Of a DNA stretch of 33,446 nt, positions 11,322 through 23,054 are shown piece by piece. Every line of letters begins with the position of its first letter. The stretch's first letter is position 1. A program made the translations under genes and the position numbers. This DNA is from Octopus bimaculoides. Taxonomy: Eukaryota. The notes below the pieces were generated by a model. It did not search any database. It had not been told where the DNA came from and was given only the letters and a program-made list of their open reading frames with translations. The stretch spans positions 28,616,439 to 28,649,884 of the forward strand of contig NC_068989.1 in the NCBI RefSeq assembly GCF_001194135.2, written 5' to 3'.

Positions 11322-12251
11322 ACTGTCTATGTTTCAATTAATTTAAAAGATAACGAAGAATTTAGTAAAATAACTTTGTACTTATTAATCTGACGTCTGG
11401 AACATAAATTAACAAGAAATCATAATAGAAGCTTTAATTGATATCACTTTAAAACAGGAAATTTGTAACATAGAAACAGGGTGATCTTGGCTGGATTGGT
11501 ATGAAAATGGAGGATGTGTGCATGCGTGTGTGCACGCGCGTGTTTTGGTAGTAATATAAGTTGTTTATAGACAGATATATTATACTGTTACGAAAGTAGT
11601 GTACTCCGACGATTTGTCACTTCACTTGTTGTCCAAGCCCCACAATTGAACGGGAATTTGGGCTCTGTTGTACCAGGATAATCCAGTGGAAGCTACCACA
11701 AACTGGCAGTCGATTAAATCAACCAGTACTTGACTGCAACATTGTTTTATCGACTACAGAAGGCTCAAATGCAGTGGTGTCCGCAGCTAGATTTGAAATC
11801 AGAACGTTAAAGACCCAGAACAAACAGGAAAAGAAAAACTGACAAGGCGATGCTCTAGCGATTCTGTCAATCCACTAATCCTTACTTATGATTAATAACG
11901 AAGAACAAAAGGAATTGTCTAGCGCAACTCTTCAAGCATAACTTACGATTATTTCCCTTGAACCAATACAGTAAGAGTTGTTTTCCTTAAAAAAATAAAA
12001 CGTGATAAATCTTTCGACTTCGTCTAAAGATATGAAATTATGGGTGCAAACTTCTGCTTCAGTCACTGAACTGCAGCCATACTAGGGCACTGCCTTGTGA
12101 GACTTTAGTTGATCAAATCGACCGCAGAGCTCAGTTTTTAAGCCGTGCAGAATATACTCTGTCACTTTCCAGGACGAATCACTGGAACTTATAAAAACCA
12201 ATTGTCAAATGATAAGACACAAACACGCACACACTGTGTGTATATGAGAGA

Positions 12252-12289
<38 letters not shown>

Positions 12290-12291
<2 letters not shown>

Positions 12292-13036
12292 CCTATACAG
12301 TTAGCCTTACACAGGGCAGGAAAACGTCTCCCATCATCCTGATACAGTCGCCTGCATCTTTCTAGGTGATTCTAAATTGCTTCAGATCATTGAAGGTAGC
12401 TCGCACCCTCTTCTTAGTTCTCCCTCTCTTTCGTCCTTCTGGTGACACCCAGTGTAAAGCTGTCTTGCATGTTCATTCTTCTGGCAGCCTGAGAACATGA
12501 ACTGCAAGTCTCATTCTTCTTCCCACCACAATCTCCTGCAGGCTGCACAGATTGGCTCTTCTCAGTGTTTTGTGATTCTGTCCCTGTAGGTAACCTTGAG
12601 TAATCTGTGTAGACACCTTTGATTAAATGCATTCAATCTCAGAGTGATCTTGACAGTCATTTTCCATGTTTCTCTTTCATAAACTGCTGTTAATAAGACA
12701 ATATTCTGGTACAGCAGGATCTTCATACAGTTTCTAATCGAAATGTTGGCCCAGATCTTGATCGTTCCTCTAAACACTGCAGCTGCATGCTCAATTCTGG
12801 AGTTTGCTTTGGTATAAATAAGGCTGCCCAAATAGGTTGTTTGCATATCTCCTTGTCCACTGACCTGCATCAACTTGATTTTCTCAGAATTGACGCTTGG
12901 ACTTGCCTTTGCTTCCCCTTCAGCCAATCTGGTTGTCATTTGCTGGAGTACTAAATGTGACTCTGCCAAGAGCACAATGTCATTGGCATAGTCCAGATTT
13001 GTTAGGTGTCTGCCTACAGTTCACTATATTCCAGCA
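12290..13036 (-). mobile_element. RTE LINE 3' part (RT domain 5 to 3' end), decayed
   Basis: GI*(W)TVGRHLTNLDYANDIVLLAES (LDYAND at 12996-12979), TYLGSLI, YERETWKMT...RLNAFNQRCLHRLL, AVHVLRLP...GRKRGRTKK. Confidence 0.85.
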
Positions 13037-13219
13037 TTGCCAAGACATATGGTATCCCAGAAGAGTATATCTCCATCTTTAAATGTCTGTGCTAACACAA
13101 TTTGCTGTATGAGAAATGAAAGCAGGAACACAGAATTCTTCAACATCATCACCACAGAGGTTGTTTCCTGTCACCTCTATTATTTCTTCTGGTCATCAAT
13201 GTTCTCATACTGTGATGCG
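13037..13219 (+). mobile_element. RTE LINE RT domain 3-4 segment, inverted relative to 12290-13036
   Basis: Plus strand reads AKTYGIPEEYISIFKCL (YGIP at 13048-13059), then after a frameshift NTEFFNII, and GCFLSPLLFLLVI (13168-13185). Confidence 0.8.
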
Positions 13220-13252
13220 TGCGTGCGTGCGTGCGTGCATGAGTGTGTGTGT

Positions 13253-13352
13253 GCAGAGGCCTGGCTGTGTATTTAAGGTGCCTGCTTCTCAACCATCTAG
13301 TTTTGGGTTCAGTCCCACTGCATGGCAATTTGAGCAAGTGTCGTTTCTCAAG
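13253..13352 (+). mobile_element. tRNA-derived SINE head, degenerate
   Basis: ggcctggctgtgtatttaag (A-box-like), gggttcagtcccactgcatggca (B-box-like); same family as 24336-24592. Confidence 0.65.
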
Positions 13353-13566
13353 TAATTCCGTCTGACCCATGAAAACATTCAGAAGTGGACACGTTAATAT
13401 AAATTTATCTTGAACAAAAATTGCACCATCCTCAACGTTTTGGAAGATTACTGCCTCTCCTTCACAGATTAAATAAGAATGTTTTAAACCCATCACCAAA
13501 AGAAATTCTTTTATGTTTGGAAGTAATAAAAAAGTAATATAATTTATATAGATTTATGGTTTGACT

Positions 13567-13639
13567 TTTATTTCCAAATATATGAAATATTTTATTCCAA
13601 AATGTATCAAATATATATATATATATGAATAAATTTATT
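13567..13639 (-). promoter_or_regulatory. Candidate NAGLU polyadenylation signals
   Basis: Three AATAAA on the minus strand (plus-strand tttatt at 13634-13639, 13592-13597, 13567-13572), 135-210 nt after the stop, in AT-rich sequence. Which one is used cannot be told from sequence. Confidence 0.5.
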
Positions 13640-13774
13640 GTTTTAAAATTTTACTCCCAATTTTACTTTCAAAATAATTTTCTCCAAACAAACAAAAATA
13701 TTTATATTTGATCGTAATTCAACAAAATTTTTACCACAAAAGTTTAGAAGCAATCAATCAGGTTGAAGTGAAAT

Positions 13775-13860
13775 TCAGTAATAGGACTTTTCATTTAAAA
13801 GTTGTACTGTTATTGGTCGGTACTTGGTATAAAGATTCCTCACTAGTTTCAAGCTGTCAC
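13775..13860 (-). CDS. NAGLU: NAGLU terminal coding exon (86 nt incl. TGA)
   Basis: ttttctgtggcag|GT GAC AGC TTG...TAT TAC TGA = (G)DSLKLVRNLYTKYRPITVQLLNEKSYY* (human GDTVDLAKKIFLKYYP). Phase 1 fits the previous exon. Confidence 0.9.
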
Positions 13861-14060
13861 CTGCCACAGAAAATTAATACATTAATATACATTACATATT
13901 TATTTTTGTTCATTTAATGTCAATTCTTCCATGACAGCACAGGTTGGATGGGGACATATTCAAGCCAGGCACAATTTCACAGCAAGACACCTTTCTTGCC
14001 ATCAACTGTGAGCTGTTATTCAAATAAAGCATGTTTTATTGTTGCATATGACTGCTCCAA

Positions 14061-14747
14061 TTTCACTTCTTTATTTACCATCAACTGATTAGCTATTTAA
14101 CCAACTAACTAATCAATTGTTTGATTAATCATTCAGTCAATTAATTAATCAAGTGTGTTTTCCAAAGGCCTTTTGTCACCTGTTCAGTAACATGCCCTCT
14201 CTAATCCAAGTCAGCTTCATGTCTGTCTGTCTTTAAGTTTTAGGTTCAATATTTATCATCCAGCCAAAAAGACAAGACCAACAATTAAATGATACAAAGA
14301 AAAAAACTTTTTACTACCCACACCCATAGAAGTAGACATGCACACACACATTAACATACACACACATACACATGCACACATTCTCTCTAATGCACAAACT
14401 CACAGAACCAACTACACCACACAAGCATCTACACACACTCATATACACAGACACCAGAACATACATACACAGACATATGCATGAACACACATGCACACAT
14501 ATTCAAACACACACACACACACACACACACTTACACTCTCTCTCTCACTCTCTCTCATGTACATTCTTACTCACTTATGTACAACTACATAAATAGAGTA
14601 CAGAGGGGATGTCATTGAAGAGATTGTGACAATAAGAGGACTTTGGCAAATACAACTGATTGCTTGATTAACCAAATGATTAATCAAACAATTGGTTGGT
14701 TAGTTGGTTAAATAACTAACCAACTGATGAATAACATAGAAGTGAAA
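14061..14747. repeat. Inverted repeat pair (about 120-bp arms) in the last NAGLU intron
   Basis: 14061-14179 is an imperfect reverse complement of 14626-14747 (shared atgattaatcaaacaattg..ttagttggttaaata). The spacer of about 446 bp contains (CA)n-rich sequence. Confidence 0.8.
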
Positions 14748-14920
14748 CTGAGCCAATGCATGTGTTTATTACTGGCATAATAACTTTCCCAAGAGACAAC
14801 AATATCTGATTCAACACATGAGTTCACATCAAGAATCTTGCAATCCAAATACAAAAACAGGATATTTTATATTTCACATGTTTATGATGTTAATTCACAC
14901 TTACACACACACTTATACTT

Positions 14921-15170
14921 TTCTATTGATATATTTTCTGAACTGCTAAGTTACAGGGATGTAAAGACACCAACACCAGTTGTCATACGATGGTGGGAGA
15001 CAATCACACACACATACATATATACAACAGGCTTCTTTCATTTTCTAACAACTGAATCCACTCACAAAGCCTTGGTCAGCCCAAGGCTGTAGTAGAAGAC
15101 ACTTGCCCAAGGTGCCATGCAGTGGGAATAAACCCGGAACCAAGCTACTTCCCACACAGTCACTCCTGTG
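14921..15170 (-). mobile_element. tRNA-derived SINE
   Basis: Reverse complement of the 24336-24592 family (gaagacacttgcccaaggtgccatgcagtggga; atccactcacaaagccttggtc). Confidence 0.8.
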
Positions 15171-15183
15171 TTTATATATAAAT

Positions 15184-15337
15184 CATCATCATCATCATCA
15201 TCATCGTTTAACGTCCGCTTTCCATGCTAGCATGGGTTGGACGATTTGACTGAGGACTAGCAAGCCAGAATGCTGCACCAGGCTCCAATCTGATCTGGCA
15301 GAGTTTCTACAGCTGGATGCCCTTCCTAACACCAACC
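15184..15337 (-). mobile_element. SINE/LINE 3' tail ending in (GAT)n
   Basis: Nearly the same sequence as 20171-20320 (catcatc..gtttaacgtccg..ccatgctagcatgggttggacgatttgactgaggact). Truncated by the assembly gap. Confidence 0.8.
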
Positions 15338-15741
15338 NNNNNNNNNNNNNNNNNNNNNNNNNNNNNNNNNNNNNNNNNNNNNNNNNNNNNNNNNNNNNNN
15401 NNNNNNNNNNNNNNNNNNNNNNNNNNNNNNNNNNNNNNNNNNNNNNNNNNNNNNNNNNNNNNNNNNNNNNNNNNNNNNNNNNNNNNNNNNNNNNNNNNNN
15501 NNNNNNNNNNNNNNNNNNNNNNNNNNNNNNNNNNNNNNNNNNNNNNNNNNNNNNNNNNNNNNNNNNNNNNNNNNNNNNNNNNNNNNNNNNNNNNNNNNNN
15601 NNNNNNNNNNNNNNNNNNNNNNNNNNNNNNNNNNNNNNNNNNNNNNNNNNNNNNNNNNNNNNNNNNNNNNNNNNNNNNNNNNNNNNNNNNNNNNNNNNNN
15701 NNNNNNNNNNNNNNNNNNNNNNNNNNNNNNNNNNNNNNNNN
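15338..15741. other. Assembly gap
   Basis: 404 N. Smaller gaps lie at 16130-16142 and 20709-20767. Confidence 1.
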
Positions 15742-15780
<39 letters not shown>

Positions 15781-15783
<3 letters not shown>

Positions 15784-16092
15784 CCTGGTGCTTTGCTGTA
15801 CTCAATAAGCCCTGTGTTAAGAAGTGTTAAGATCAGTCCCTCTGGTGGTGAAAGGTTTTTGTGGTGATGCCACATAAAAGTATCCATGCAGTGTCACATA
15901 ATAGCACCCATGAGGTGTCATGTAAAAGCACCCAGCACACTCTGTAAAGTGATTGGCATTAGGAAGGGCAATAGGAAGGGCATAGAAACTATGCCAAATC
16001 AGACTGTAATCTGTGGCAGCTCCCCAGCTTGCTAGCTCTGGTCAAACTGTCCTACTCATACAAGCATGGATAACGGACATTAAATGATGAAG
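15781..16092 (+). mobile_element. Older copy of the (GAT)n-tailed SINE family
   Basis: gcacccagcacactctgtaaagtgattggcattaggaagggca...gcatggataacggacattaaatgatg is homologous to 15184-15337 in the opposite orientation. Confidence 0.7.
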
Positions 16093-16162
16093 ATATATAG
16101 ATATATATACATATACAGACATACATATANNNNNNNNNNNNNATACAAACATATATATATAT

Positions 16163-18510
16163 TTGGGTGACTTTAATCTCCCCTGTATTCACTGGTCTAC
16201 TCACACCTTGAAGACAAGTGTGTGCATTTCAACCCTAGAGACAGCAACAGTGGAATCATTTTTTGAATTCATGAACGAATTTTTCCTGTCCCAATTTGTG
16301 CTCATGCCAATAAGATTCAACAAAAATGCATTGAACTTAGTGATTCGTAACCACACTAACACTATCCATGATACCACAGTAGAAAAATCTCTCTTATCCA
16401 ATCAGGATATGATTATCTATAGTTTGAGATTCCAGCAACCAAAAGTGATGCGGGACAGTTTTGCCCTGGTTGACTTAATGGATCTACATAATGTTAACTG
16501 GAAGGCAATCACCCACAATCTTTCACTTGTTGATTGGTCTTTCACTCACTCTCTCACCCCAAACAGCATCAGAATATCTAGACAGCTATTTGTGGACATT
16601 GTCACTAATATATGTTCACACCACACTCCACTACAGTCCATGAGCATAAAAAAAATATACTCCCACGCAACAGAAGAGCACTTATAAGGAAAATAAAAAG
16701 GATTAATCATAAAATCAACTGGCTAGAATATTGCCAGTTGCAATGCCCTCACTTGACAGACATAGCTTTACAGGAATTAAAGAAACTTTATCTCTAAAAC
16801 TGCATGAAGACTATCATCAATAAAGAATTGCAGAAGAAAAGTGGACCATTACAAAAAATAAAGTAAAGGTCAATCCCAAAGCATTCTTTGCATTTGCCAA
16901 AAAGCATGAGGTCACTGTATTATCTGTTGGAACTCTGATAGATGAAGACGGCACTCTGCATAGTGGTCCAGAAGACATGGCTGAGACTCTACAGAAGCAA
17001 TACTGCTCCACTTTCAGCAATTCTAACATAATTAATCCTGGCAACATCGGTGAAACAAACCCTCAAACATAACCTATCTAATATATCACTTAACGTCTTG
17101 GATATCATAGCAACTATTAACAAAATTACAAACAACTCAGCTGCAGGCCCTGACAAGTTTCTCGTTGGGGTCCTAAAGGGGTGCCATCATTAACTGGCAT
17201 TCTTTTTAGCTATTCTTTGGAGAAAAATCACTGGATGCTGGCCATATTCTTGAAAATCTCCTATCACAGTTGACTGTCCCAATTTTCATAAAGGGCAACA
17301 AATCACAGGCAGTAAATTACCAACCAATCTTACTTACCACTTATATCATCAAATTATTTGAGAGTGGTGAGATCTCAAATAACTCATTTGCTGGAAAGTA
17401 ACAGCCTGATTATTAGCAACTAGCATGGTTTCTGCAGTGGCAGCTCCTGCATCACTTTGATAACATCCTAAAGGCTCTGGGTAAGGGCGTCAACACAGAT
17501 ATCATCTACCTAGACTTCAGCAAGACCTTTCACATTCTGTTAAAGAAACTATTGAACATTGGAATCTAAGGGAAACTATTAAAGTAGATTGACTGTTTTC
17601 TGGTGAATAGAACCCAGCATGTGGTGATAGATGATGTTCAATCATACTCAGCAAGAGTTATCACTGTGGTTCCACAATGCACAGTCTTGAGTCCACTCCT
17701 TTTAATTATTTATACGAATGACATCAATGACATCATCAAATACATCAGTATTCGAATTTTCATGGATAAATCTAAGCTTCTGAAAGTCATTAATAGGAGA
17801 CAGAACTGCTCATTGTTATCCAATGAGTGGAGAAACACAATATGCAGCTAAACAAAACTAAATTCAAATTAATCCACTTTGGTAAAGAGGTTGTACCACA
17901 TCAAACACGGCTCGGGACCTCAGAGTAATTGTTAACAATAACTTAAGCTGCCCACATAAACAACAAAGTTGTTGTTTATGTGGGCATGGCTTGCAGGGCA
18001 TGCTCCTGAATCCTCAGGACTTTTCAGTCTAGAGATGCTCCTGCCATTATCCTTCTCTTCTCCACCTTTGCTTGTCCTCACCTTGAATACTGTTTTCTGT
18101 TGTGGTTTCCTTACGTGAAACAGAATATCATAAAAATTGAAGTACCCCAGAGATTGATCACAAGGAAAAGAGACAGCATAACAGGTCTTGATTATTGGGA
18201 CTGTCTCAAAAAACACTTTATTCCCTCCATCACTGAGTGTTAAATCATTTGCATGATGTGGAAAATATTCCAACAGCACCACCCAAATGATGTTGTCATA
18301 TCCGTCCTCTATAAGCGTCATGTTCACATCACAAAACTATTTCACCTCAACTGGCCCTGTTCTCTTTAACATCATACCAAGACACATAAGAGAAGAAAAA
18401 GATCCCCTAATATTTAAATGTTTCCTGGACAATTATCTCTAACAAATTCTAAATAAACCACATAACCCCAGATATATTTCTATAAACAATAACCCTCTAC
18501 TCAAAAGGGC
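16163..18510 (+). mobile_element. Decayed CR1/Jockey-superfamily LINE, antisense in the last NAGLU intron
   Basis: GDFNLPCIHW (APE), AAGPDKF, IFIRATNHRQ/NYQPI, TDIIYLDFSKTF, RTQHVVIDDVQS..VPQCTVLSPLLLIIYTNDI..IFMDKSKL (decayed FADD). Many stops. Confidence 0.85.
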
Positions 18511-18863
18511 TATGATGCCCATAGAATGACTAATATGAAAATATTATATATATATATAATGTATGTATGTATGTAAACATACATACGTACATACATATAT
18601 ACATACATATATATACATATATATTTATACTTTATATACACACATATATGCACACACGGGCACACACACAAAGTTTCAAGCTCAAAAAACACAATAAAAA
18701 AATACAGAACTGATGTTTATCTAGCAAATTTTGAGGTGAAAAAGGTGGGTGTCAGTACCATCAACCCCAGTACTTGATCGGAAGAAAAGTAAAGTTGACC
18801 TCTAACACTCTAATGATTCTCCCAATCCAGCTTCTATTAAATAATAACCAATGAATTACTCAC

Positions 18864-18963
18864 CTTGTGGTTCTGTGGGGAAAGTTGAACGGTCAAATGT
18901 AAAGGGTTTCTCAACTGTTTCCAGTACTTGTTGATCATATTTTGCTTGACTAAATGAAGTGGT
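18864..18963 (-). CDS. NAGLU: NAGLU penultimate exon (100 nt)
   Basis: ttttatag|ACC ACT...CCA CAA G|gtgagt = TTSFSQAKYDQQVLETVEKPFTFDRSTFPTEPQ(G) (human [30 protein letters not shown]). Confidence 0.92.
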
Positions 18964-19019
18964 CTATAAAATATGGATTTAAAATGATGTCATATGTCTG
19001 AAACCCATGGAATAGGAGT

Positions 19020-19338
19020 GAGAGAGGGGATACAACAAGAGAAAGAGAGTTGCAGAGGGAGAGAGATAGACAAACAGAGATAGACAGAGACAGGCAGGCA
19101 AGGAGAAGACAGACACAGTCGGAGACCCAAAGAAGAGAGAGAGAGCAAGAGAGAGAGAGCAAGAGAGAGAGAGAGAGCAAGAGAGAGAGAGCAAGAGAGA
19201 GAGACAGAGACAGAGACAGAAAAAAAGAAAAAAGAAATAAAAGCATGTGTATATGTGGGTTTGTGGTTGCATATATGTGTTTCTATAAATGCTTGTGTGC
19301 GTGTGTGTGTGTAAAAAATGAGAGTATATGTATGTATG

Positions 19339-19425
<87 letters not shown>
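19020..19425. repeat. (GA)-rich and (TA)n microsatellites
   Basis: Purine tract with gagagagcaa units at about 19020-19230 and an uninterrupted (TA)n at 19343-19425. These explain the RERE/IYIY ORFs. Confidence 0.95.
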
Positions 19426-19428
<3 letters not shown>

Positions 19429-19708
19429 GAAAACAGAAAGTAGAGATACAGTTGATGAATAACAATTGATTTACATCAATTATCATTTATTAATTAATTA
19501 CAAAATGACAGAATCTCAACTTACAGCTGTTTCACTTAGCATGATTCTCAGTTCTAACTGCCACAATAATAATAATGACTAGCTGGACCCATGTAAAATT
19601 TACAGAAAACGTAAAAAATGTAAACATCGGTAAATTGTGTGTTGGTGCCATGAGAAATGTTTCTATATTGTGACAGTTACAGAATATAGATAGAAGTTTA
19701 AAACCGGT

Positions 19709-19969
19709 GATCGGTAATGAAGTCACAGGAAAAAAAATCACAGTAATAAAGTCACAAGTTTGGCTAGGAAAAAATCACAAGAAAAAAAGTCACAATTAAT
19801 TAATGGTGGCCGGTAATAAAGTCACAGGAAAAAAGTCACAATTAATTTGAGATCCCAAAAAAAATTTCCGTAGGACAAAAACCCTCAGACAACCCCACCA
19901 CCACCCAGACAAAACCCCGTGACTTTTTTTTCCTATGACTTTATTATCATGACTTTTTTACCTGGATTC
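19709..19969. mobile_element. Non-autonomous DNA transposon with repeated AAAGTCAC subterminal motifs
   Basis: At least five aaagtcac(a) copies on the left, inverse (g/a)tgacttt copies on the right. Ends gatcggtaatgaagtcac / gactttttacctggattc are imperfectly inverted. Confidence 0.6.
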
Positions 19970-20170
19970 ATGGGAGCAACTGACTTCAAAGACTCGTAAA
20001 TACTCAAAATGAGGAGTATAATAGACAGCCAACAACCGATGAAGGGTCGTTCTTTGTGTTAATTGACCTGGTTTTCCACTTTTTCCTCATTGTTTACGTA
20101 TTTACCTCATTTGTTTTTGTACTTCATGTTGTGTACTGTTGGTGACATCCTTTACCAATATATGCATATA

Positions 20171-20375
20171 TCATCATCATCATCGTCGTCGTTTAACGTC
20201 CGTTTTCCATGCTAGCATGGGTTGGACGATTTGACTGAGGACTGGTGAACCAGATGGCTACACAAGGCTCCAATCTGATTTGGTAGAGTTTCTACAGCTG
20301 GATGCCCTTCCTAATGCCAACCACTCCGAGAGTGTAGTGGGTGCTTTTACGTGCCACCGGCACAAGTGCCAGGAA
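20171..20375 (-). mobile_element. (GAT)n-tailed SINE family copy
   Basis: High similarity to 15184-15337; abuts the mariner fragment and appears to replace its 5' part. Confidence 0.8.
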
Positions 20376-20393
20376 GGATATATTTGTATATAT

Positions 20394-20699
20394 TTGCCAC
20401 ACTCGCCATACTCTCCAGATTTGGCACCAATGGATTTCCACCTCTTTTGATCTCTTTCAAATGCTATGCACGGAGTTTCGTTCAATACTGATGCAGAATT
20501 GAGAGCTTGGTTGGATCAATTTTTTGAGTCGAAATCAGGTGATTTCTACCGAGATATTGAAAATCTTGTTGAACATTGAGAAGAAGTTGTAAACAACATG
20601 CGTGAATACATTATTGATTAATTAGTTGTTATTTTTTATTAAACCTTTAAAAAAATTTAGATTAAAAAAACCAGCAAGAACTTAGTTGCCAACCTAATA
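20394..20699 (+). mobile_element. Mariner transposase C-terminus with right TIR
   Basis: LPHSPYSPDLAPMDFHLF*SLSNAM...WLDQFFESKSGDFY..IENLVEH*EEVVNNMREYIID* (YSPDLAPxD motif). Ends aagaacttagttgccaacctaa followed by TA. Confidence 0.9.
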
Positions 20700-21619
20700 T
20701 ATTTATATNNNNNNNNNNNNNNNNNNNNNNNNNNNNNNNNNNNNNNNNNNNNNNNNNNNNNNNNNNNTATATATATATATATGGACAGGTAGGCAGATTT
20801 TGATCAAATGATTATAGTTAATGTGTAATAAGTAAGAACTCAACAATGCAAACTAAAGGTGCTTGATGTTTATAGTCTTCTTACAACACGACCTGATGTT
20901 ACCACTTTTGTTTCCTCAAAGAAGACTATAAATGTGTGGATGCTTGTTCTATATATACTACAAGCAGAAGGACCCAGTTTTACTCAGGTTATAAACTCAA
21001 ATCCTTAACACCATACTCTTTGCTTGTAGTGTAATTTTACACCTTTTTTCTAGATAAATACATGTTAGAGGAACCATTCGTACCTTGGGGTGAAGACTGT
21101 AAACAATGAAAGTAGCTGTAATAATTTTTTTGGTACCAGACATCTTTACAATGGTAAATGCTGGACAGAATGAAGAGAGAATGATAGAGTAAGAGATAGA
21201 AAGAGAGGAAGTACAATGAGAAGTTAGATAGGGAACATGCCTCCCAAATATGGTACTATTCATGCAGCTGTTTTCGCATGAAAAGCAAACAGACAGACAG
21301 ATCAATAGATAAAAAGCCACAGTTGCTATGTCAGACATACATGCATGTGTCCAGCTAGCCATGGTTGCTACATCAGTACCGGAAGTTGACATTGAAAAAG
21401 TTTTTTAAAGAAGTTAATCTCATATAAAGCAATATTATTTATTTTTAATAAAATGAAGACCCTATTATGTATCCAAGGTCAAATTATTCACGCATCCCAA
21501 GCATGGAACCAATTCACGCAGCTGTTTTCACATGAAAAGTGAATACACACACACACAGGTCTATTTTATATAATAGATAAACACAGGAAGAACAATATAA
21601 AGGAAACAGTGATAATAAT

Positions 21620-21913
21620 ATTGATAATTCTGACTTTATACAGCTGTGCTTTGCATATAATAGACCAAGAGAGTTCATACTCAATCTCTTTATCAACACG
21701 CATACATAGAAAATTAGCTAAAGATGTAAAACTAGCTTTACTCTCATCCCTTAAGCTGCAAGTGTGGTTATAATATCTACATTTAAACTTATTTGAGGTA
21801 GTCCCAATATATACTGAGACATTTCCAAGTGCCTGCACAGAACATTTATATGCAATATTCTTACTAAGGCAATATTTATCAAGCAGACTCTAGGATTTAT
21901 TCCTACAACTGCA
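21620..21913 (-). pseudogene. Second Penelope-like GIY-YIG endonuclease fragment
   Basis: CSCRNKS*SLLDKYCLSKNIAYKCSV...VYIGTTSNKFKCRYYNHTCSL..SFTSLANFL...YELSWSIICKA. Same motif order as 2481-2934. Confidence 0.8.
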
Positions 21914-21940
21914 GAGTTCATTTACTCAATTGAATGGCTT

Positions 21941-21992
21941 AGGGTTACTGTTTATGTCAGGGTTACTGTTTATGTAGGGTTACTGTTTATGC
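21941..21992 (+). repeat. Three tandem copies of agggttactgtttatg(t/c)
   Basis: Units start at 21941, 21959 and 21976. Confidence 0.9.
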
Positions 21993-22103
21993 GATATTTT
22001 ATCATATTTTTGTCTTTTTCAAAAAATTAGATGAAACATTTGTTAAAATGTATTTTAAAAGATCTGGAACTGTGCAATTTAAATAAGATGGTAGTTAACT
22101 TAC

Positions 22104-22161
22104 GTTAGTGAGGTCAGCCTTTAACATATCCACAAACAACTTCCATCGAGGGTAGTAGTAA
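22104..22161 (-). CDS. NAGLU: NAGLU short exon (58 nt)
   Basis: ttttgaacag|T TAC TAC TAC CCT CGA TGG...ACT AAC|gtaagt = (N)YYYPRWKLFVDMLKADLTN (human NYYTPRWRLFLEAL). Phases 2 and 0 fit both neighbours. Confidence 0.95.
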
Positions 22162-22193
22162 CTGTTCAAAAGAAAGATGCAAAAATAATTTTT

Positions 22194-22225
<32 letters not shown>

Positions 22226-22309
22226 ACAGGGGACGTACTAGAGGAAAGTTGGCTGCTGGTGGTTGAACAACAAATTAGAGGTTTTTCATTGATTTTGTAT
22301 GGCTCACAC

Positions 22310-22730
22310 ATATTCAGTGATGCTGCTACTACATACACAAATATTTTATGCTGCATCTAAAAGAAGATTGTCTAATTGGTTACCTGTAATTGACTCCCTT
22401 TCCAACAGCAACTTTAGCCATCATTCTGATTTCAATACCTCTACAACTCAAGGATATGTTTGTCATTTCTATCACTGCTACTACAACAGCTTCTGCTCTT
22501 ATTCACTAGCTAGCCACATAACCCCTTCACATCTGATCTACATATTTATCTTTCCCTCATCAGCCTCACTATCAGTCATAAACAAATACACAGAGTAATA
22601 ATTTTGATCAGCTCTTCCTCCCCAGAACTGTAACCTTCTGGAAACCCTTCCTGGACAAGTTTTCCTGCAAACATTAACCTGCAAATGTTCAAACTAAATA
22701 TCACTACTATCAATTTCATTCATCTAAGAA
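22310..22730 (+). mobile_element. Decayed LINE 3' end (Jockey/CR1-like)
   Basis: Remnants of FYxCYYN..CS, LFLPRTVTFWxxLP..VFP..NLQMFKLNI, typical of the LINE C-terminal segment. Confidence 0.55.
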
Positions 22731-23054
22731 AGCCCTCAAAGGATTTAGACACTCTCTCACTCTCCCTTGAGTAGAATTATTTGCCAAAAACCAAGCAAGT
22801 TCCTCTTTTACTTCACTACTGAGTAATTAAATAATTTACAATTAATATTAGAAAAAGCTATAAGAAGAAATGTTTGGATTTAGATTTTTTTAAACACCTG
22901 CTAGTTTGAAATAAGAGCTATGGATCTATCCAAAGTAGTAAAATATAAACTGATGGATTCTAAACTTGCCATTGAGTCACACCTTATCAAACTTAATACT
23001 GTTTTTCACACAAGAACAGTTATTGTTGCTTGTAACAAGATTCATACTAAATTT

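Noticed and set aside
18950-19486. RERE-, LSLS- and IYIY-rich ORFs
   Set aside because: Translations of (GA)n and (TA)n microsatellites.
20036-20046. CCGAUGAAGGG, identical to the start of the 3754 hammerhead core
   Set aside because: No complementary stem II arm or GAAA box follows, so at most a pseudo-LTR remnant.
21080-21116. Candidate minus-strand cassette exon (ttacag|CTACTTT...CAAG|gtacga)
   Set aside because: Weak donor and no homology; the true YYYPRW exon was found at 22104-22161.
21939-21947. TTAGGGTTA as telomeric repeat
   Set aside because: A single hexamer at the start of a 17-bp tandem repeat, not a telomere array.
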